A stretch of DNA of 64,000 nt from Escherichia phage vB_EcoM_PHB13: the sequence record MK573636; one strand, written 5' to 3'. How positions within the stretch are numbered: position 1 is the first letter of the stretch; each line of letters starts with the position of its first letter. A model generated the notes under the pieces. It worked only from the letters and a program-made list of their open reading frames with translations, was not told the origin of the DNA and did no database searches. Shown here in pieces: positions 8,867 to 17,589 of this stretch. The position numbers were made by a program, and so were the translations under genes.

Positions 8867-9190
8867 ATGTCAAAACTGATATACATTGTTATCATATCTG
8901 TGTTGCTGGGGGTAGGTGGCAATATGTGGTGGGAAAATAAAAAGGAGGTAGATCGACTGAATCAGGAATTTACAGAGTATAAGAAAAAGACAGATGAGAA
9001 GATGAAGATTGTAGACTCACTACAAAAGGAGATGTACGGAATAAGAACTAAGTTTGCAGAAGAACAAAACAAAGCAATGAAAGACGCTACACGAGGCTAT
9101 GTAGTAGCACAAAAACCCAAGTTGGTAGAGAAACAGCTTAATGATTCATTTAAGGAGTTTACCGAAGAATTAAAGGAGGCTACTAAATGA
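8867..9190 (+). CDS. putative i-spanin (N-terminal TM helix + periplasmic coiled-coil)
   Basis: 107 aa; hydrophobic LIYIVIISVLLGVGG then charged helical region; next to pseT where T4 places its spanins. Confidence 0.55.
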   Translation: MSKLIYIVIISVLLGVGGNMWWENKKEVDRLNQEFTEYKKKTDEKMKIVDSLQKEMYGIRTKFAEEQNKAMKDATRGYVVAQKPKLVEKQLNDSFKEFTEELKEATK

Positions 9191-9306
9191 GCATAGAAAT
9201 ATTGCCTACACAAGAGCAGATAAGCAATTTTAATCTGGTTGATTATCTGTGGATAGGTGCAAGCATTATTATCCTGATGGTGTTTTCAATTTTCGTGATA
9301 CACTGG

Positions 9307-9639
9307 ATGTTTAAGAAAGCACATAAGAATTTTCAGACCGCCATAATCCATGTCTTCGCTGTGCCTATTGTATTTGCTCTTTCTTCGTGTACAATGGACC
9401 ATTATTCACAGGAACCGAAATTACATCCTCCACTACCAGCACCAATAGAAAAAGTTGACATTGACCTGAATGTGGATACAATAGACGGTAAGCCTAGAGT
9501 TTCTATGTCGTGGGAGGACTCCCAAAAATTTAGAGTCTGGTTGGCTGATATTAAGAGATATACACTTGAAAGTAAGTTGATCCTGTGTTATTATCGCAAA
9601 GAACTCAATGAGGAACGGTGTAAACCGAAGGAGAAATAA
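9307..9639 (+). CDS. putative o-spanin lipoprotein (lipobox LSSC)
   Basis: Signal peptide MFKKAHKNFQTAIIHVFAVPIVFA + lipobox LSS-C, Pro-rich mature part. ORF track opens at 9187; the Met at 9307 is chosen because it gives a lipoprotein signal. Confidence 0.45.
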   Translation: MFKKAHKNFQTAIIHVFAVPIVFALSSCTMDHYSQEPKLHPPLPAPIEKVDIDLNVDTIDGKPRVSMSWEDSQKFRVWLADIKRYTLESKLILCYYRKELNEERCKPKEK

Positions 9640-10517
9640 TGCCGAAATGTGAAGTGATTTTAACCGTTGGTTGTTCTGGGTCCGGTAAAACTACATGGGC
9701 TATGGAAACGTGTAAACGGTTTAGTAATTATCGTAATGTGAATCGTGATGATCTTCGTCTTATGTTGTTTGGTGTTGACTCACCTTTGAAATACAAATAT
9801 ACTAAGGAAAAGGAAAAGCTGGTAGAGTCTATTCAGAGAATGATTGCTCGCGAGACTCTATCACGCGGATTAAGTATCATTATCTCTGATACTAACCTGA
9901 AAGAAAAACATCGTGTATTCTACAAAGAACTTGCAAAAGAATTTAACGCGGTGTATACTGAACAAGTGTTCAATGAATCATTTGAGACACTAAAGAAACG
10001 TAATTTCTATCGCGGCGAGAAAGCAATTCCACTTTCTCATTTGCGCAACCAATTTTATCTGATGCAGGAATATATGGGTCAAGAAGTATACAATCCGAAT
10101 ACCATGCTGCCGAAGGCAGTGATCTTTGATATTGATGGAACATTAGCGGATAAGGGCGGTCGTCATCCGTTTGACTGGACAAAGGTCAAAGAAGATAAAC
10201 CACGTCCGCAAGTGATCGAAATGCTTAAACTGTATCGTGATAATGGCTATCGTATCATTACATGCTCAGGGCGTGAGGATGTTTGCGAAGAAGATACTCT
10301 GCAATGGTTGCGTGAACAGGGTATTGAACCGAGTGATCACTTTCAACGTGAAACTAATGATCGTCGTCCTGATCATGAAGTGAAGAAAGAGATTTTCTTC
10401 TCTGAAATTGCACCGCGTTATCATGTTGTGTTGGCAGTAGATGATCGTGATCAAGTGGTTGACATGTACCGCTCAATTGGTGTAGAATGTTTTCAGGTTA
10501 ACTACGGAGACTTTTAA
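9639..10517 (+). CDS. pseT: polynucleotide 5'-kinase / 3'-phosphatase
   Basis: Colinear with T4 PseT: Walker A GCSGSGKTT, NRDDLR, phosphatase motif VIFDIDGTLA, C-terminal RSIGVECFQV. Confidence 0.9.
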   Translation: MPKCEVILTVGCSGSGKTTWAMETCKRFSNYRNVNRDDLRLMLFGVDSPLKYKYTKEKEKLVESIQRMIARETLSRGLSIIISDTNLKEKHRVFYKELAKEFNAVYTEQVFNESFETLKKRNFYRGEKAIPLSHLRNQFYLMQEYMGQEVYNPNTMLPKAVIFDIDGTLADKGGRHPFDWTKVKEDKPRPQVIEMLKLYRDNGYRIITCSGREDVCEEDTLQWLREQGIEPSDHFQRETNDRRPDHEVKKEIFFSEIAPRYHVVLAVDDRDQVVDMYRSIGVECFQVNYGDF

Positions 10518-10720
10518 TGTTTACCGATAAAATCAAGCAATTAGGCGAAGCACTTGCTAAACGTGGTTTTAGTGTTGATATTGAACCAGCGCCAGTTATG
10601 CCGTTTAGCGATGAACGTCGTAGTTTATATGTCATCATGAGAAATAATCATGGTGTGAATACATTCAATGTAAAACAGTATAGCGACGGATCAGTAGAAT
10701 ACTTTCGCGTATACGGTTAA
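10517..10720 (+). CDS. hypothetical protein (67 aa)
   Basis: ORF coupled to pseT stop (TAATG). Confidence 0.45.
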   Translation: MFTDKIKQLGEALAKRGFSVDIEPAPVMPFSDERRSLYVIMRNNHGVNTFNVKQYSDGSVEYFRVYG

Positions 10721-10741
10721 TTAATATGTGAGTATTATATT

Positions 10742-11248
10742 ATGTTGTCACAAACTTACATGCAGATCGCCTATCTAATCGCAAAGAACTCTAAATGCGT
10801 TTCGTGGAAGGTAGGCGCACTGATCGAAAAAGACGGGCGAATCATTTCTACTGGATTTAACGGCACTCCAGCAGGGCAAGTAAATTGTATCTGTCATGCA
10901 CATAAAAGCGGTTGGCTGGATGATGACGGCAAAATGATCTCAGAAAAACGACCAGAGCATAGTGCATGGTCACAGAAAAACGAGATCCACGCTGAATTAA
11001 ATGCTATTTTGTTTGCTGCCCGTAGCGGTGTATCGATTGAAGGCGCTAGTATGTGGTGTACTGCTTCACCGTGTCCAGATTGCGCTAAAGCAATTGCAAA
11101 CAGTGGAATTAAACATTTATACTATTGCGACACATATGATCGAAATGGTGGGCGTGATTGGGCTGATATTCTGAATAATGCAGATATTACGATCACGCGT
11201 ATTCCAAAAGCATTATTGACTGATTTGAAGGGTATTGATAATGACTGA
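10742..11248 (+). CDS. cd: dCMP deaminase
   Basis: Zinc-binding deaminase motifs HAELNA and SPCPDCAKAI; T4 synteny (pseT-cd-31). Confidence 0.88.
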   Translation: MLSQTYMQIAYLIAKNSKCVSWKVGALIEKDGRIISTGFNGTPAGQVNCICHAHKSGWLDDDGKMISEKRPEHSAWSQKNEIHAELNAILFAARSGVSIEGASMWCTASPCPDCAKAIANSGIKHLYYCDTYDRNGGRDWADILNNADITITRIPKALLTDLKGIDND

Positions 11249-11561
11249 ACAAGTTGATAATATCGCACTTCGTGAAGCACTAAAGAAAATGTTTTCGGTC
11301 GGTACTCACTCTTTGCAGTTTACTAAGAAAGATGGTACTGTCCGTGAGATGATCGCCACGCGAGATCCGGCACTGATGCCATTTGAAACATACGAAAAAT
11401 GGTTAGTTCCTAATGTTGAAAAACCGCGTAAAGAATCAGAAACATCTTTGCCAGTATATGAAATTGCAGTTGAAGGTTTCCGTAGTTTTGGGCTTGATAG
11501 TCTGATTAATGTAGACGGGCTGACTCCAGCGCAGATCGTCGAAATTTACGGTGGCAGTTGA
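11235..11561 (+). CDS. hypothetical protein (108 aa)
   Basis: ORF overlapping cd stop. Confidence 0.45.
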   Translation: MIMTEQVDNIALREALKKMFSVGTHSLQFTKKDGTVREMIATRDPALMPFETYEKWLVPNVEKPRKESETSLPVYEIAVEGFRSFGLDSLINVDGLTPAQIVEIYGGS

Positions 11562-12175
11562 CAATGGAAACAAAAGATGATAATATCGTATTACCAGCGC
11601 CGGAAGAATGGAGACAAGCTGTAGGTTATCCGTGGTATGAAATCTCTAATTATGGTAGATTGAGATCTATTGACCGAAGTATCGAATTTTATAGAGAAGT
11701 TTCTCCCGGTAATATTAAGCTCGTAAAACAAAAACGTGCTGGTAAAATAATAAAACCAATTTTAGACCGATATGGATATTATTATTCAACATTGTCAAAA
11801 CAAAAAGACAATGGTAAAATCTCAGTTAAAGCCGAAAAGATACATCGACTTGTAGCAAATGCATTTCTAGGAGACGTTACCGGACTTGAGGTTAATCACA
11901 TCAATGGTGTAAAAACCTGCAATTATGTGTGGAATCTAGAAATAGTAACCTTACTAGAAAATATGAGACATTCATTTAGAACTGGACTCAATAACAATGT
12001 CGGTGAAAACCACTCACGGGCAAAACTGACAAATGCGCAAGTCGAAGAAATAATGCGGCTTAAAGGAAAAGTTAAGAAGCAAATTATAGCTGATATGTTT
12101 AATGTTTCTTATTGTTGTATAGCGCAAATACATTCCGGTCTGCGGAGAAATCCAAAGGTCGCGAAATATAAATAA
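11558..12175 (+). CDS. HNH homing endonuclease (Mob-like, NUMOD4-type N-terminus)
   Basis: PWYEISNYGRLRS motif and HNH core HINGVKTCNYVWNLEIVT; inserted between cd and gene 31. Confidence 0.7.
   Translation: MTMETKDDNIVLPAPEEWRQAVGYPWYEISNYGRLRSIDRSIEFYREVSPGNIKLVKQKRAGKIIKPILDRYGYYYSTLSKQKDNGKISVKAEKIHRLVANAFLGDVTGLEVNHINGVKTCNYVWNLEIVTLLENMRHSFRTGLNNNVGENHSRAKLTNAQVEEIMRLKGKVKKQIIADMFNVSYCCIAQIHSGLRRNPKVAKYK
12167..12174 (+). promoter_or_regulatory. late promoter -10 box TATAAATA upstream of gene 31
   Basis: Exact TATAAATA ~38 nt upstream of gene 31 ATG, overlapping end of HNH gene. Confidence 0.5.
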
Positions 12176-12211
12176 TTTACTATTGAGATGAATTGAAGAG
12201 GTAAGAAAATT

Positions 12212-12535
12212 ATGACCGTTAAAACTCCTAAAGCACTTGGTGACTATGTGATCATTGAAGCTAAAGCGGAAAGCGCAGGGACCGAAGTAAAGAGCGATTT
12301 TGGTATTATCATCGAGCAAAAACGAACTATGGGAGAGATTCCTTTAGTCGGTAAGATTATTGATATCGGTGATAACGTTGATAAAGAATTGCTGGGCAAG
12401 ACTGTATTGCTTCCTCATGGGAAACTTAATAAAGTTCCTCATCCAGACGTTATTAACGGCGTTAAGAAGGAAGAAGAGATCGACCTGAAATGGACTGTAA
12501 CGCACAAACAGAATATTGTGGTAGTTTACGGTTAA
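12212..12535 (+). CDS. gp31: co-chaperonin GroES homolog (gp31), capsid folding
   Basis: 107 aa; colinear with T4 gp31 (GEIP loop, NKVPHPDV); SD GAAGAGGTAA. Confidence 0.8.
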   Translation: MTVKTPKALGDYVIIEAKAESAGTEVKSDFGIIIEQKRTMGEIPLVGKIIDIGDNVDKELLGKTVLLPHGKLNKVPHPDVINGVKKEEEIDLKWTVTHKQNIVVVYG

Positions 12536-12546
12536 TGATTTTAAAC

Positions 12547-12576
12547 GGCGGGAAATAATCCCGCCTATATTTTGGC
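12547..12576 (+). terminator. rho-independent terminator (GGCGGGA-AATAA-TCCCGCC + TATATTTT)
   Basis: Read directly after gene 31. Confidence 0.65.
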
Positions 12577-12617
12577 TATATGATTTTGTAAGTTATTGAT
12601 TATTAAGGAATTTTATT

Positions 12618-12782
12618 ATGAAAACTATGAATGTAAACATCCACGAAATCCATACCGAAGTATTCACCGAAGAAGACCAGTTTGGTGTATGGGTAAATCC
12701 TCATTCGATTACTATCGATATTCCTAATGACGATTATGATCCGTTCTCTCTGATTAGCGAGATTAGTTTCAATGACTTCTGA
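12618..12782 (+). CDS. small hypothetical protein (54 aa)
   Basis: ORF below track cutoff; acidic; weak SD. Confidence 0.3.
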   Translation: MKTMNVNIHEIHTEVFTEEDQFGVWVNPHSITIDIPNDDYDPFSLISEISFNDF

Positions 12783-13251
12783 AATTGATATCTATGCGGG
12801 TGGACCTTATCCATCGGGTGAATTGAGTAATTTCAATAAAAGACCATTCCGTCTATTTGGTTGCGATATTAACAGCACAGAAGGATTTTTACAGGGGCTA
12901 AGATTTAAGAACCCTCAGAGACAAAGAGAAATCTTTTTGATGCATGGTGGCAAAGCAAAAAGAACCGGAAGAACTGAAAAGATTGAGAATCACATGTTAT
13001 ATTTTCAGGGTCGCCCGATTCATCGAATGAGTGAGCATTATTACAAACTGGTACATCTGGCATTTGTTACGATGGCACGGAATAACCCAGAATTTTGTAA
13101 AGCATTACTCTCGACCGGAAATAAGAAATTACGTCATAGTATAGGTGGAACTGATCCGTTAAAGACTATATTGACTGAATCGGAATTTTGTAGTATCCTC
13201 AATGATATTCGTGAACGTTTAACAAAACGAGGTGAAAATGTCAATTCTTAA
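12772..13251 (+). CDS. NADAR (YbiA/DUF1768)-like protein
   Basis: Motifs LSNFNKRPF, STEGFLQG, GKAKRTGR, LLSTGNKKLRHS match NADAR family signature from memory. Confidence 0.55.
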   Translation: MTSEIDIYAGGPYPSGELSNFNKRPFRLFGCDINSTEGFLQGLRFKNPQRQREIFLMHGGKAKRTGRTEKIENHMLYFQGRPIHRMSEHYYKLVHLAFVTMARNNPEFCKALLSTGNKKLRHSIGGTDPLKTILTESEFCSILNDIRERLTKRGENVNS

Positions 13252-14734
13252 TATCATTAATCAGCTTGCAGCAACAGACAAAACATCGCTGAAAGAAAAG
13301 ATCCTGAAAGAATCTGCAAGCAATGAAACGCTGAAAGAATGCTTTTATCTGGCATATTGCAAACAGGTTACGTTTGGCGTAAAGAAATACGATAAACCAT
13401 CGCGTTATTCGTCTGTATTGTCTTTATCCGGTGCATTACAGGTCTTTAAAAATAAACTTGCCACGCGTCAAGTAACTGGTAACGCAGCATTACAGCTAGT
13501 TACCGATACTCTGACTTGCTTGTCAGAAGATGATGCTAAAGTTGCAATGATGGTCCTGAATCGTGATCTGGAATGTGGTTGTTCCGCTACCACTGCAAAC
13601 AAGGTATGGAAGAAACTGATCCCCCAGCAACCGTGTCACCTTGCATCGTCATGTTCTGATAAGACTATTGCTAATATCAAGTATCCGGCGTATGCACAAC
13701 TTAAAAGCGATGGCGCTCGTGGTATGGCTGATATTGACGGGGAAACATTAGCAATCTATACCCGTTCAGGTAATACCTATCAGGGACTTGATGATTTGTT
13801 TGCGGTTTTAGAGCGTCTACGAGGCCGTGGAATTGTTCTAGATGGCGAATTGGTATATATGCCTACCCTTTCGCAAACACCAGCGCAGAACTTCGTTGAG
13901 AGCATTTATGATGGTACTCTGTCATGGATATTTGAAGAAGAGGAAATGCCATTAACGCCAGTAGCGGAAGCAGTAAAAGAATCCGTTGTTGCAGATCGTC
14001 AGACCGGAAATGGTATCCTCAACAAATCACTGAAAGGAACTATTCCAAAAGAAGAAGCCCAATGTATTGTTTACACTGTCTGGGATGTTATCGACCGTGA
14101 TGTGTATTACGGAAACGAGAAAGCAACGAAGCAATATAAAGATCGATTCGAAGAACTAAAACAGATTGTTGAAGAACTTAACGATCCTCGTGTTCAGATA
14201 ATCGAAAACACTGTAGTTAACAATATAGATGAAGCTCGCGAAGTATATCATCGCTATGTAAACATGGGCTTAGAAGGTATTATCCTTAAAAATTTACATG
14301 GTGTATTTGAAGATCGTCGCAGTAAAGATCAGGTTAAATTTAAAGAAGTGATTGACTTCGACGCGGAAATTGTTGATGTATATCCGCATAGTAAAGACCC
14401 TAATAAGGTAGGCGGTTTTACTGTCCGTAGTGCGTGCGGACGAATGATGACTAACACCGGATCGGGATTGACTGACACCACAACCGAAAAAGGTGATGAT
14501 GGTATTGAACGTGTAATTCCGTTCGATCGTCGAAATGAACTCGACCGAGAAATGTTATGGGCTGACCGTCATAACCTGATTGGAAAAGTCATTGAGATGA
14601 CATGCAACGGGTATATCCGCAGCAAATCACGTAAAGAAGATGAACCGGAGTTCTCTTTATTTCTCCCGATCATCAAACGTATTCGCTACGACAAGACCAC
14701 TGCAAATACAGTAAAAGAGGTATTCGATGTGTGA
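13232..14734 (+). CDS. gp30: ATP-dependent DNA ligase
   Basis: 500 aa; colinear with T4 gp30 incl. RDLECG and adenylylation motif KSDGARG. Confidence 0.9.
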   Translation: MKMSILNIINQLAATDKTSLKEKILKESASNETLKECFYLAYCKQVTFGVKKYDKPSRYSSVLSLSGALQVFKNKLATRQVTGNAALQLVTDTLTCLSEDDAKVAMMVLNRDLECGCSATTANKVWKKLIPQQPCHLASSCSDKTIANIKYPAYAQLKSDGARGMADIDGETLAIYTRSGNTYQGLDDLFAVLERLRGRGIVLDGELVYMPTLSQTPAQNFVESIYDGTLSWIFEEEEMPLTPVAEAVKESVVADRQTGNGILNKSLKGTIPKEEAQCIVYTVWDVIDRDVYYGNEKATKQYKDRFEELKQIVEELNDPRVQIIENTVVNNIDEAREVYHRYVNMGLEGIILKNLHGVFEDRRSKDQVKFKEVIDFDAEIVDVYPHSKDPNKVGGFTVRSACGRMMTNTGSGLTDTTTEKGDDGIERVIPFDRRNELDREMLWADRHNLIGKVIEMTCNGYIRSKSRKEDEPEFSLFLPIIKRIRYDKTTANTVKEVFDV

Positions 14735-15200
14735 TAATGAAGGGGCGAAAGCCCCTAAACCTAAAAAATTGTCAAAGAAAGAGCAACGCCAGATCCTGAA
14801 AATGAAATATGGTGGACGTTGTGCCTATTGTGGCGAGGAACTAGGGGATCGCTGGCACGCAGACCACATCAAACCAGTATTGCGACGCTCAAAGGTAGTC
14901 TATGATGAAAATGGACGAATTGCCCGTAATGATGATGGATCGTGGAAGTATAAGGTTGTAGGAATGCATAAACCGGAACATGATATACTTGATAACATGA
15001 ATCCGGCGTGTGTGCAATGCAATCTTTATAAAAGCTGTATGGGCTTAGAATACTGGCGTAAGTTTATACGCGAGAACTTCCAGAAGTACATTCAGCGAAA
15101 TATGGGGTTGCGAGCGGCTAAACGCTTTGGCTTGCTGTCAATTCATGACCAGCCAGTAGAATTTTATTTCGAAAAGTACGAGCGCGAAAATAAGGAGTAA
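14727..15200 (+). CDS. HNH endonuclease (zinc-finger type)
   Basis: CAYCGEE...HADHIKP...NPACVQCN HNH signature; hairpin GGGGCGAAAGCCCC sits in first codons so true start may be Met26 (14802). Confidence 0.6.
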   Translation: MCDNEGAKAPKPKKLSKKEQRQILKMKYGGRCAYCGEELGDRWHADHIKPVLRRSKVVYDENGRIARNDDGSWKYKVVGMHKPEHDILDNMNPACVQCNLYKSCMGLEYWRKFIRENFQKYIQRNMGLRAAKRFGLLSIHDQPVEFYFEKYERENKE

Positions 15201-15207
15201 CCATTAT

Positions 15208-15552
15208 ATGTTCTTTATGTTTATCTATATCCTTTTTGTTTTCCTGGTAGGCATGTACGCAAGCCGTTTAAACCGTAGCGTTATCGGTTATGTTCTCCTA
15301 TCTTTGATCATTAGCCCGTTGATCACCTTTATCATTTTGTTGGTGTTGGGTCCAACTAAATCATATGAACAGGAACAAGCAGACAAGCTAAAAGCAGAGA
15401 TGGTAGAGAAACAATTTGTTCAACTGTATCTAGAAAACCCAGAGTTTGAGGAAGTTTCCACCCTTAAGCGAATGTATGACGATCTAACACGATACCCTAA
15501 CTATCGAAATGTGCTGGCTATGGAAGAAGCCATTAAGCTCATGAAAAAATAA
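15208..15552 (+). CDS. small membrane protein (2 predicted TM helices)
   Basis: Hydrophobic segments FIYILFVFLVGMYA and VLLSLIISPLITFIILLVLG. Confidence 0.5.
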   Translation: MFFMFIYILFVFLVGMYASRLNRSVIGYVLLSLIISPLITFIILLVLGPTKSYEQEQADKLKAEMVEKQFVQLYLENPEFEEVSTLKRMYDDLTRYPNYRNVLAMEEAIKLMKK

Positions 15553-15565
15553 TTCAAAAAAGTTG

Positions 15566-15594
15566 TTGACAGGGGATCACGTATCCCCTATACT
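15566..15594 (+). promoter_or_regulatory. PeSL early promoter TTGACA-GGGGATCACGTATCCCC-TATACT
   Basis: 17-nt spacer is a perfect palindrome. Confidence 0.65.
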
Positions 15595-15637
15595 ACACAC
15601 ATCAAAACGAAACACACTTTCTTAAGGAGAATCAAAA

Positions 15638-15949
15638 ATGAAATACATCGTAACGCTGCCAATGATTGACTTCGACGGAACCATGAACACCCAGAAGACC
15701 ATGAGCGCGGAGAACCAACTGAAAAACGCTACCCTGATTCGTGAAGTTCGCAAGGCACTGGCAAAAGAATTTAACACCAAAATTCATTCTGTAACTGGCG
15801 AACGTTTCGCGGATCATCTTGATATCAATATCAAACCAGTGCGCAACGGTGTTATCTCTGTAACAACCAACCGCCCACATGCTGACGCTGATAATCTGAC
15901 CGCTCGCGCAGAAGATGTAATTATGACCGTTATCATGGAAAAACTTTAA
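15638..15949 (+). CDS. hypothetical early protein (103 aa)
   Basis: ORF with PeSL SD AAGGAGAATCAAAAATG. Confidence 0.55.
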   Translation: MKYIVTLPMIDFDGTMNTQKTMSAENQLKNATLIREVRKALAKEFNTKIHSVTGERFADHLDINIKPVRNGVISVTTNRPHADADNLTARAEDVIMTVIMEKL

Positions 15950-15958
15950 AAAAAGTTG

Positions 15959-15988
15959 TTGACAGGGGAGGTTAAACTCCCCTATAAT
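15959..15988 (+). promoter_or_regulatory. PeSL early promoter TTGACA-N18-TATAAT (GGGGAG/CTCCCC stem)
   Basis: Direct reading. Confidence 0.65.
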
Positions 15989-16022
15989 ACACACATACCG
16001 AAACGAACTAGGAGAATCAATT

Positions 16023-16202
16023 ATGAACTTCAACGAAATCATCGCTAAAATCCGCTACAACGAAGAAACCATTGAACTGATGCAAAACAATATCACCAAT
16101 GGATATATGATTGCAGCGTCACAAGAAATCATTGATTTGACGGTAGCAGAAAATGCTCAGTTGAAACATCAACTTTCAACGGCTGGCGTGATTGTTATGT
16201 AA
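16023..16202 (+). CDS. small hypothetical protein (59 aa)
   Basis: ORF below track cutoff after PeSL SD. Confidence 0.4.
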   Translation: MNFNEIIAKIRYNEETIELMQNNITNGYMIAASQEIIDLTVAENAQLKHQLSTAGVIVM

Positions 16203-16219
16203 TAAAGAGAGGTGACTAA

Positions 16220-16522
16220 ATGGCAAAAGTTCAGGTAGGTGAGGTCTTCAAAATGGAAGACCATACCGTGGAAGAGATGAAAGGCGCAGTATTGAAAGTA
16301 ATTAATTCAATGTGGCGTAGTGTGCTTTACATCAACTTTATCGACGGTGATGTGTGGTGGGCTAGCGATAGCGATAAATGGGATATCAAGTTCTACAAAG
16401 GTCATACTCACTGGTTAGGATCAGAGGATGTTGTAGAAGTTCTGGCGGTTGATGTTATGCCAGGAGAGATCGAGAATCTTAGCGGAACAGCAAAAGAAGC
16501 ATTGACACGCCATTTTGCGTAA
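16220..16522 (+). CDS. HxHW/VLAVDV paralog family member A
   Basis: GHTHW then VLAVDV; SD AGAGAGGTGA. Confidence 0.55.
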   Translation: MAKVQVGEVFKMEDHTVEEMKGAVLKVINSMWRSVLYINFIDGDVWWASDSDKWDIKFYKGHTHWLGSEDVVEVLAVDVMPGEIENLSGTAKEALTRHFA

Positions 16523-16578
16523 TGTAGTATAACAATAATCGGGAGGGTAATACTCTCCCACAAATTGAGGATAATATT

Positions 16579-16770
16579 ATGTGTGGTCTTAAAATGGTTG
16601 CTGAATATAAGCGAACTGGTAATGTTATGATGTATCGACGCAATGCCAACGAAGAATGGAAACCTTCAAACCGCATTAAATCCATCCAGACGTTTATGAA
16701 TAACATCAAAGAAAACCTTTTCGTTAAGCGTGCTGGTGCTGGACATTGGGAAGTTTACGAAGCTGTATAA
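16579..16770 (+). CDS. hypothetical early protein (63 aa)
   Basis: ORF with SD GAGGATAA. Confidence 0.45.
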   Translation: MCGLKMVAEYKRTGNVMMYRRNANEEWKPSNRIKSIQTFMNNIKENLFVKRAGAGHWEVYEAV

Positions 16771-16786
16771 TTTTGAGGAAAATATT

Positions 16787-17095
16787 ATGGAACAAACTAA
16801 GCTATTTGTCGCGGAACCTTTTGTAAGAGACAATAAAAATCTGGCTAAAACAATCATTTTGTATTCGGATTGGATCTTTTATATCGATGGTAATTTAGAC
16901 GTATATTGTCGCACAGCTCCAACTGATTCGTTTTATATCGAAGAAAACGACACTCATAATCATTGGTATGATGGAAACGACAAAACCGAACTAGCTGTTG
17001 TCCTAGCGTCAGACGTAGAACCTGAAAACGCGGACAAAGTAGCAGACAAATTTATGAAGTACGCATATAAAGATAAAAATGAAGATGAAGAATAA
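16787..17095 (+). CDS. HxHW/VLAVDV paralog family member B
   Basis: THNHW then VVLASDV; start moved from track 16730 to Met after SD GAGGAA. Confidence 0.5.
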   Translation: MEQTKLFVAEPFVRDNKNLAKTIILYSDWIFYIDGNLDVYCRTAPTDSFYIEENDTHNHWYDGNDKTELAVVLASDVEPENADKVADKFMKYAYKDKNEDEE

Positions 17096-17102
17096 AAAGT
17101 TG

Positions 17103-17131
17103 TTGACAGGGGATCACCGATCCCCTATAAT
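17103..17131 (+). promoter_or_regulatory. PeSL early promoter TTGACA-GGGGATCACCGATCCCC-TATAAT
   Basis: Perfect palindromic spacer. Confidence 0.65.
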
Positions 17132-17165
17132 ACACACATACCAACGAGATATAGGAGAATCAAAA

Positions 17166-17333
17166 ATGTTCCAGACTAAAGCAGAATGCGAAGCATACAT
17201 TGTAGCAAACCACGGTGAAGACTACCTGAAATTCGATATCGTAGTAGCACAGAAGATCACCGGAATGGTTGCAAAATATCTGGGTGTTAAAGAAGGTTAC
17301 TATCCTAGCAACGCACCAGAAATTAACAAATAA
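17166..17333 (+). CDS. small protein (55 aa), duplicate copy 1 (MFQTKAECEAY...)
   Basis: Track start 17079 spans the promoter and is rejected; paralog of 20424-20591. Confidence 0.5.
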   Translation: MFQTKAECEAYIVANHGEDYLKFDIVVAQKITGMVAKYLGVKEGYYPSNAPEINK

Positions 17334-17336
17334 TAG

Positions 17337-17365
17337 TTGACAATGATTAAAGGGAGTAGTAAGAT
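17337..17365 (+). promoter_or_regulatory. PeSL early promoter TTGACA-N17-TAAGAT (GGGAGTA/TACTCCC stem)
   Basis: Direct reading. Confidence 0.6.
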
Positions 17366-17397
17366 ACTCCCATCAAGACAACAAACGGAGAATCAAA

Positions 17398-17577
17398 ATG
17401 AAAGCTATCGAAGTTCAGAAGTACATGGAAATCATCGTTGAAAGTAAAGCACATTTAGTGTTGACTACTCACGTAGGATATGATAAAAATGTGCATATGC
17501 TGGTAGACAACATCGGCTGGATGAAGTTTAATCCTAACGAGAACGTACAAGCTCAAGAAATGACCATCCCTTTCTAA
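17398..17577 (+). CDS. small hypothetical protein (59 aa)
   Basis: ORF below track cutoff after PeSL SD. Confidence 0.4.
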   Translation: MKAIEVQKYMEIIVESKAHLVLTTHVGYDKNVHMLVDNIGWMKFNPNENVQAQEMTIPF

Positions 17578-17589
17578 GAGGAATATATT

